Assembly (NCBI GenBank): GCA_043806915.1
Contig: JAZDGM010000024.1
Span: 31,240-95,239 of the forward strand
Direction: 5' to 3'
DNA length: 64,000 nt
Source of the DNA: Pseudomonadota bacterium
GTDB taxonomy: Bacteria; Desulfobacterota; Desulfarculia; Adiutricales; JAGVGV01
The notes beneath the pieces were generated by a model. The model did not search any database. It was not told where the DNA came from and worked only from the letters and a program-made list of their open reading frames with translations. Within the stretch, counting starts at the first letter, position 1. Every line of letters starts with the position of its first letter. Position numbers and translations under genes: made by a program. Positions 61,151 through 64,000 of this stretch are shown here, piece after piece.

Positions 61151-63067
61151 ATGGACGAAATTAGTTTAAGAGTGGAAGGACGGGCGCCGGAACAGGTCCC
61201 GCGGGGGACAACGGCCTTAAAAATTCTTTCGCCCGACGGCCAGGGCGCCCAGAACCTGGTGGCGGCGCGCCTAAACGGCCGCCTCATCGACTTGGCGCTC
61301 CCCGTCGGGGAGGACGGCGACCTGTCGGGCGTCAAGCGTGAAGACCCCGAAGCCCTGAATATTCTTAGGCATTCCACTGCCCATATCATGGCCGAGGCCG
61401 TGCAGGCCCTGTTCCCGGGCGTCAAGGTGACTATCGGGCCGGCCATCGAGAGCGGCTTCTATTACGATTTCGATTACGACAAGGCCTTCACTCCCGAGGA
61501 CCTGCCCCGCATCGAGGAGAAGATGGCCGAGATCATCAAGGCCGGCCGGCCCTTTGTGCGCCGCGAGACCACCAGCCGGGAGGCGGTGGACTTCTTTTCT
61601 TCCCTGGGGGAAAATTACAAGGTCGAGTTGATCGAGGATTTGGGCGTCGAAACCGTTTCCCTGTACGAACAGGGCGGTTTCACCGACCTCTGCCGCGGTC
61701 CTCACCTGCCTTCCACCAAGCAGGTCCCGTCCTTCAAACTTCTTAGCGTGGCCGGGGCCTATTGGCGCGGGGATGAAAAGCGCCCCATGCTGCAGCGAAT
61801 CTACGGGACCGCCTTTTATAACAAAAAGGATTTGAAGGCCTATTTGACCTTCCTGGAAGAAGCCAAAAAAAGGGACCACCGCCGCCTGGGGCGGGAGTTG
61901 GACCTGTTCTCGATCCAGGATGAAGCCGGGGCCGGCTTGGTCATCTGGCATCCCAAGGGCGGCCTGCTGCGCACCATCATCGAGGATTTCGAGCGCAAGG
62001 AACACCTCAAGCGGGGCTACGACATCGTCATGGGCCCCCAGATTCTCAAGACCGATCTGTGGCAGCGTTCGGGCCATTTTGACAACTACCGTGAAAACAT
62101 GTATTTCACGGTGGTCGACGAACAGAGCTATGGCATCAAGCCCATGAACTGCCTGGCCCACATGTTTATCTACAAGTCCAAGCTGCGGAGTTATCGGGAC
62201 CTGCCCTTGAGGTTTTTCGAGCTGGGCACCGTTCATCGACACGAAAAGTCGGGCGTCCTGCACGGGTTGACCAGGGTCCGTCAGTTCACCCAGGACGACG
62301 CTCACATCCTGTGCGCTCCGGACCAGGTCAACGATGAAATCAAGGGGGTCCTCGATTTTGTCATTGACGTCATGAATATTTTCGGGTTTGAGTACGAGTT
62401 GGAAATCAGCACGCGGCCTGAAAAAAGCATCGGGTCCGATCAAGATTGGGAATTGGCAACCAACGCCCTTTTCCAGGCCCTGGCCGACCAGGGACTGCCC
62501 TACGAAATCAACGAGGGCGACGGCGCTTTTTACGGACCCAAGATCGACGTCAAGTTGAAGGACGCCCTGGGCCGCCGGTGGCAATGCGCCACCATTCAGT
62601 GTGATTTTACCCTGCCCGATCGCTTCGATTTGAGTTATATTGGAGAAGACGGCCAGAAGCACCGACCGGTGATGTTGCACCGGGTTATTTTGGGAAGCGT
62701 GGAAAGGTTTATCGGCGTTCTGATCGAGCATTTCGCCGGGGCCTTTCCGGTCTGGCTGGCGCCGGTTCAAGCCATCGCGCTCACCGTGACGGATCGGGCC
62801 GCGGATCAGGCCAGGGAAGTGGTCCGGAGTCTAAGGGAAGCCGGCGTGAGAGCCGAGGCCGATCTTAGGAATGAAAAGTTGGGTTTCAAAATCAGGGAAG
62901 CCCAGCTTCAGAAAATTCCCTACATGCTCGTGATCGGCGACCAGGAGGTCAGCGGCGGCGGGATCGCGCCCCGGACCAGGACCGGCGAGGATTGGGGCTT
63001 CATGACCGTGGCGGATTTTTTGAAAAAGATCGGACCGGAATTGGGGCCTCCCAGTTCGGGTCGTTGA
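61151..63067 (+). CDS. thrS: Threonine--tRNA ligase
   Basis: TGS-like N-terminus, editing-domain motif HSTAHIMA, class II motifs ([15 protein letters not shown]-type TVHRHEKSG), and a C-terminal anticodon-binding domain. Confidence 0.95.
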   Translation: MDEISLRVEGRAPEQVPRGTTALKILSPDGQGAQNLVAARLNGRLIDLALPVGEDGDLSGVKREDPEALNILRHSTAHIMAEAVQALFPGVKVTIGPAIESGFYYDFDYDKAFTPEDLPRIEEKMAEIIKAGRPFVRRETTSREAVDFFSSLGENYKVELIEDLGVETVSLYEQGGFTDLCRGPHLPSTKQVPSFKLLSVAGAYWRGDEKRPMLQRIYGTAFYNKKDLKAYLTFLEEAKKRDHRRLGRELDLFSIQDEAGAGLVIWHPKGGLLRTIIEDFERKEHLKRGYDIVMGPQILKTDLWQRSGHFDNYRENMYFTVVDEQSYGIKPMNCLAHMFIYKSKLRSYRDLPLRFFELGTVHRHEKSGVLHGLTRVRQFTQDDAHILCAPDQVNDEIKGVLDFVIDVMNIFGFEYELEISTRPEKSIGSDQDWELATNALFQALADQGLPYEINEGDGAFYGPKIDVKLKDALGRRWQCATIQCDFTLPDRFDLSYIGEDGQKHRPVMLHRVILGSVERFIGVLIEHFAGAFPVWLAPVQAIALTVTDRAADQAREVVRSLREAGVRAEADLRNEKLGFKIREAQLQKIPYMLVIGDQEVSGGGIAPRTRTGEDWGFMTVADFLKKIGPELGPPSSGR

Positions 63068-63185
63068 TCGATATCCCGGCTCGACGCCGGAGGGTTATGG
63101 GTGCGGGGCGGCCTGGCCAATGGGAACGAGCGTGGGCCGGTTCGGAATCACGCGGGGCTGAAAGGAAGACTTAGGAGGTGAGGGA

Positions 63186-63713
63186 ATAGCCAAGAAGTTT
63201 AAGGACCCGGGCAAGAGGGTCAACATCAACGAAATGATCAGGGCCGCCACGGTCAGGCTGATAGGCGCGGAAGGCGATCAGTTGGGTATCGTGACCTTGG
63301 ACGAGGCTTTGAGAAAAGCCAAGGAAGCCGGATTGGACCTGGTGGAAGTCGCCACCGAGGCCGAGCCGCAGGTCTGCCGAATAATGGATTTCGGCCGGTT
63401 TAAATACCAGCAGAGCAAGAAGCAACAGGAATCCAAAAAGAAACAGACCATTATTCAGGTCAAGGAAGTCAAGATAAGGCCCAAGACCGAGGAGCACGAT
63501 TACCAGTTCAAACTCCGGGCCATCAGGAAGTTCCTGGCCCAGAAAAACAAGACCAAGGTCTCCCTGATGTTTCGTGGACGGGAGATCGCCCATGCCAACC
63601 TGGCCCGGGGTATGCTGGAACGGATTGTCGAAGACACCTCCGACCTGGCCTCGGTAGAACAGTTTCCCAAGTTGGAGGGTCGGAACATGACCATGGTTCT
63701 GGCCCCCAAGTAA
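63186..63713 (+). CDS. infC: Translation initiation factor IF-3, probable non-AUG (ATA) start
   Basis: The conserved IF-3 N-terminus [23 protein letters not shown] extends upstream of the first ATG at 63234. AGGAGG at 63173-63178 sits 7 nt before an in-frame ATA at 63186. Confidence 0.8.
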   Translation: MAKKFKDPGKRVNINEMIRAATVRLIGAEGDQLGIVTLDEALRKAKEAGLDLVEVATEAEPQVCRIMDFGRFKYQQSKKQQESKKKQTIIQVKEVKIRPKTEEHDYQFKLRAIRKFLAQKNKTKVSLMFRGREIAHANLARGMLERIVEDTSDLASVEQFPKLEGRNMTMVLAPK

Positions 63714-63780
63714 TTTAATATGGATTACGCCGACGGCGGGGTTTTAACCAGCCCGCCGGGGCGTAATCTCGGAGGAGCAA

Positions 63781-63978
63781 ATGCCGAAACTAAAAAGCAA
63801 CCGCGGCGCGGCTAAACGGTTCAAGCGCACGGGCAAGGGCAAGATCGCGCGTTCGAAGGCGTTCGCCAGCCACATACTGACGAAGAAGAATACAAAGAGA
63901 AAAATGAACCTGCGCCAAGGCGCCCTGGTCGACAAGGCCAACCTCACCAGCATCAAAAGGCTTCTGCCTTATCTGTAG
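63781..63978 (+). CDS. rpmI: 50S ribosomal protein L35
   Basis: [22 protein letters not shown]... 65 aa, in the canonical thrS-infC-rpmI order. Confidence 0.95.
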   Translation: MPKLKSNRGAAKRFKRTGKGKIARSKAFASHILTKKNTKRKMNLRQGALVDKANLTSIKRLLPYL

Positions 63979-64000
63979 GGTTCATTTAAAGGAGTATAAA

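Overview
High-GC (about 60-65% by eye) chromosomal segment. The gene content suggests an anaerobic sulfate-reducer-like deltaproteobacterium (Desulfobacterota): system II cytochrome c biogenesis, a MOP-type molybdenum aldehyde oxidoreductase, a TusE/DsrC-like protein, and a NifX/MinD-ferredoxin cluster. No database search was possible, so every call rests on motifs I could read in the translations. Order of content: resB-ccsA; a secreted protein and a putative outer-membrane barrel; a GNAT protein behind a possible leader-peptide attenuator; a CheB-CheR-PAS fusion plus two PAS histidine kinases that share a duplicated sensor module; a livKHMGF operon in which livG carries an in-frame TAG; a tandem TetR and a methyltransferase. 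Next comes a roughly 28 kb block (21.05-48.95 kb) bracketed by about 256 bp inverted repeats built around REP-like double hairpins. This block holds the most interesting system. Two non-pyrrolysine MttB-family methyltransferases, a corrinoid protein and a methyl-THF:corrinoid methyltransferase are interleaved with a HutC-type regulator, histidine ammonia-lyase, long-form urocanase and formiminotransferase-cyclodeaminase. The block also carries a Dpp/Opp-type ABC importer, an enolase-superfamily enzyme, an OCD-family enzyme, a serine-dehydratase-like enzyme, a Cache chemoreceptor and hypBA. I read it as a THF-coupled catabolic island for an N-methylated (betaine-type) histidine-related compound; that reading is inference. 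Downstream lie the NifX-like/MinD-ferredoxin/IscU-like cluster, an aldehyde oxidoreductase-TusE-like-cysteine desulfurase trio, a 40% histidine HxH protein, rnj, tRNA-Val, thrS, infC (probable ATA start) and rpmI.
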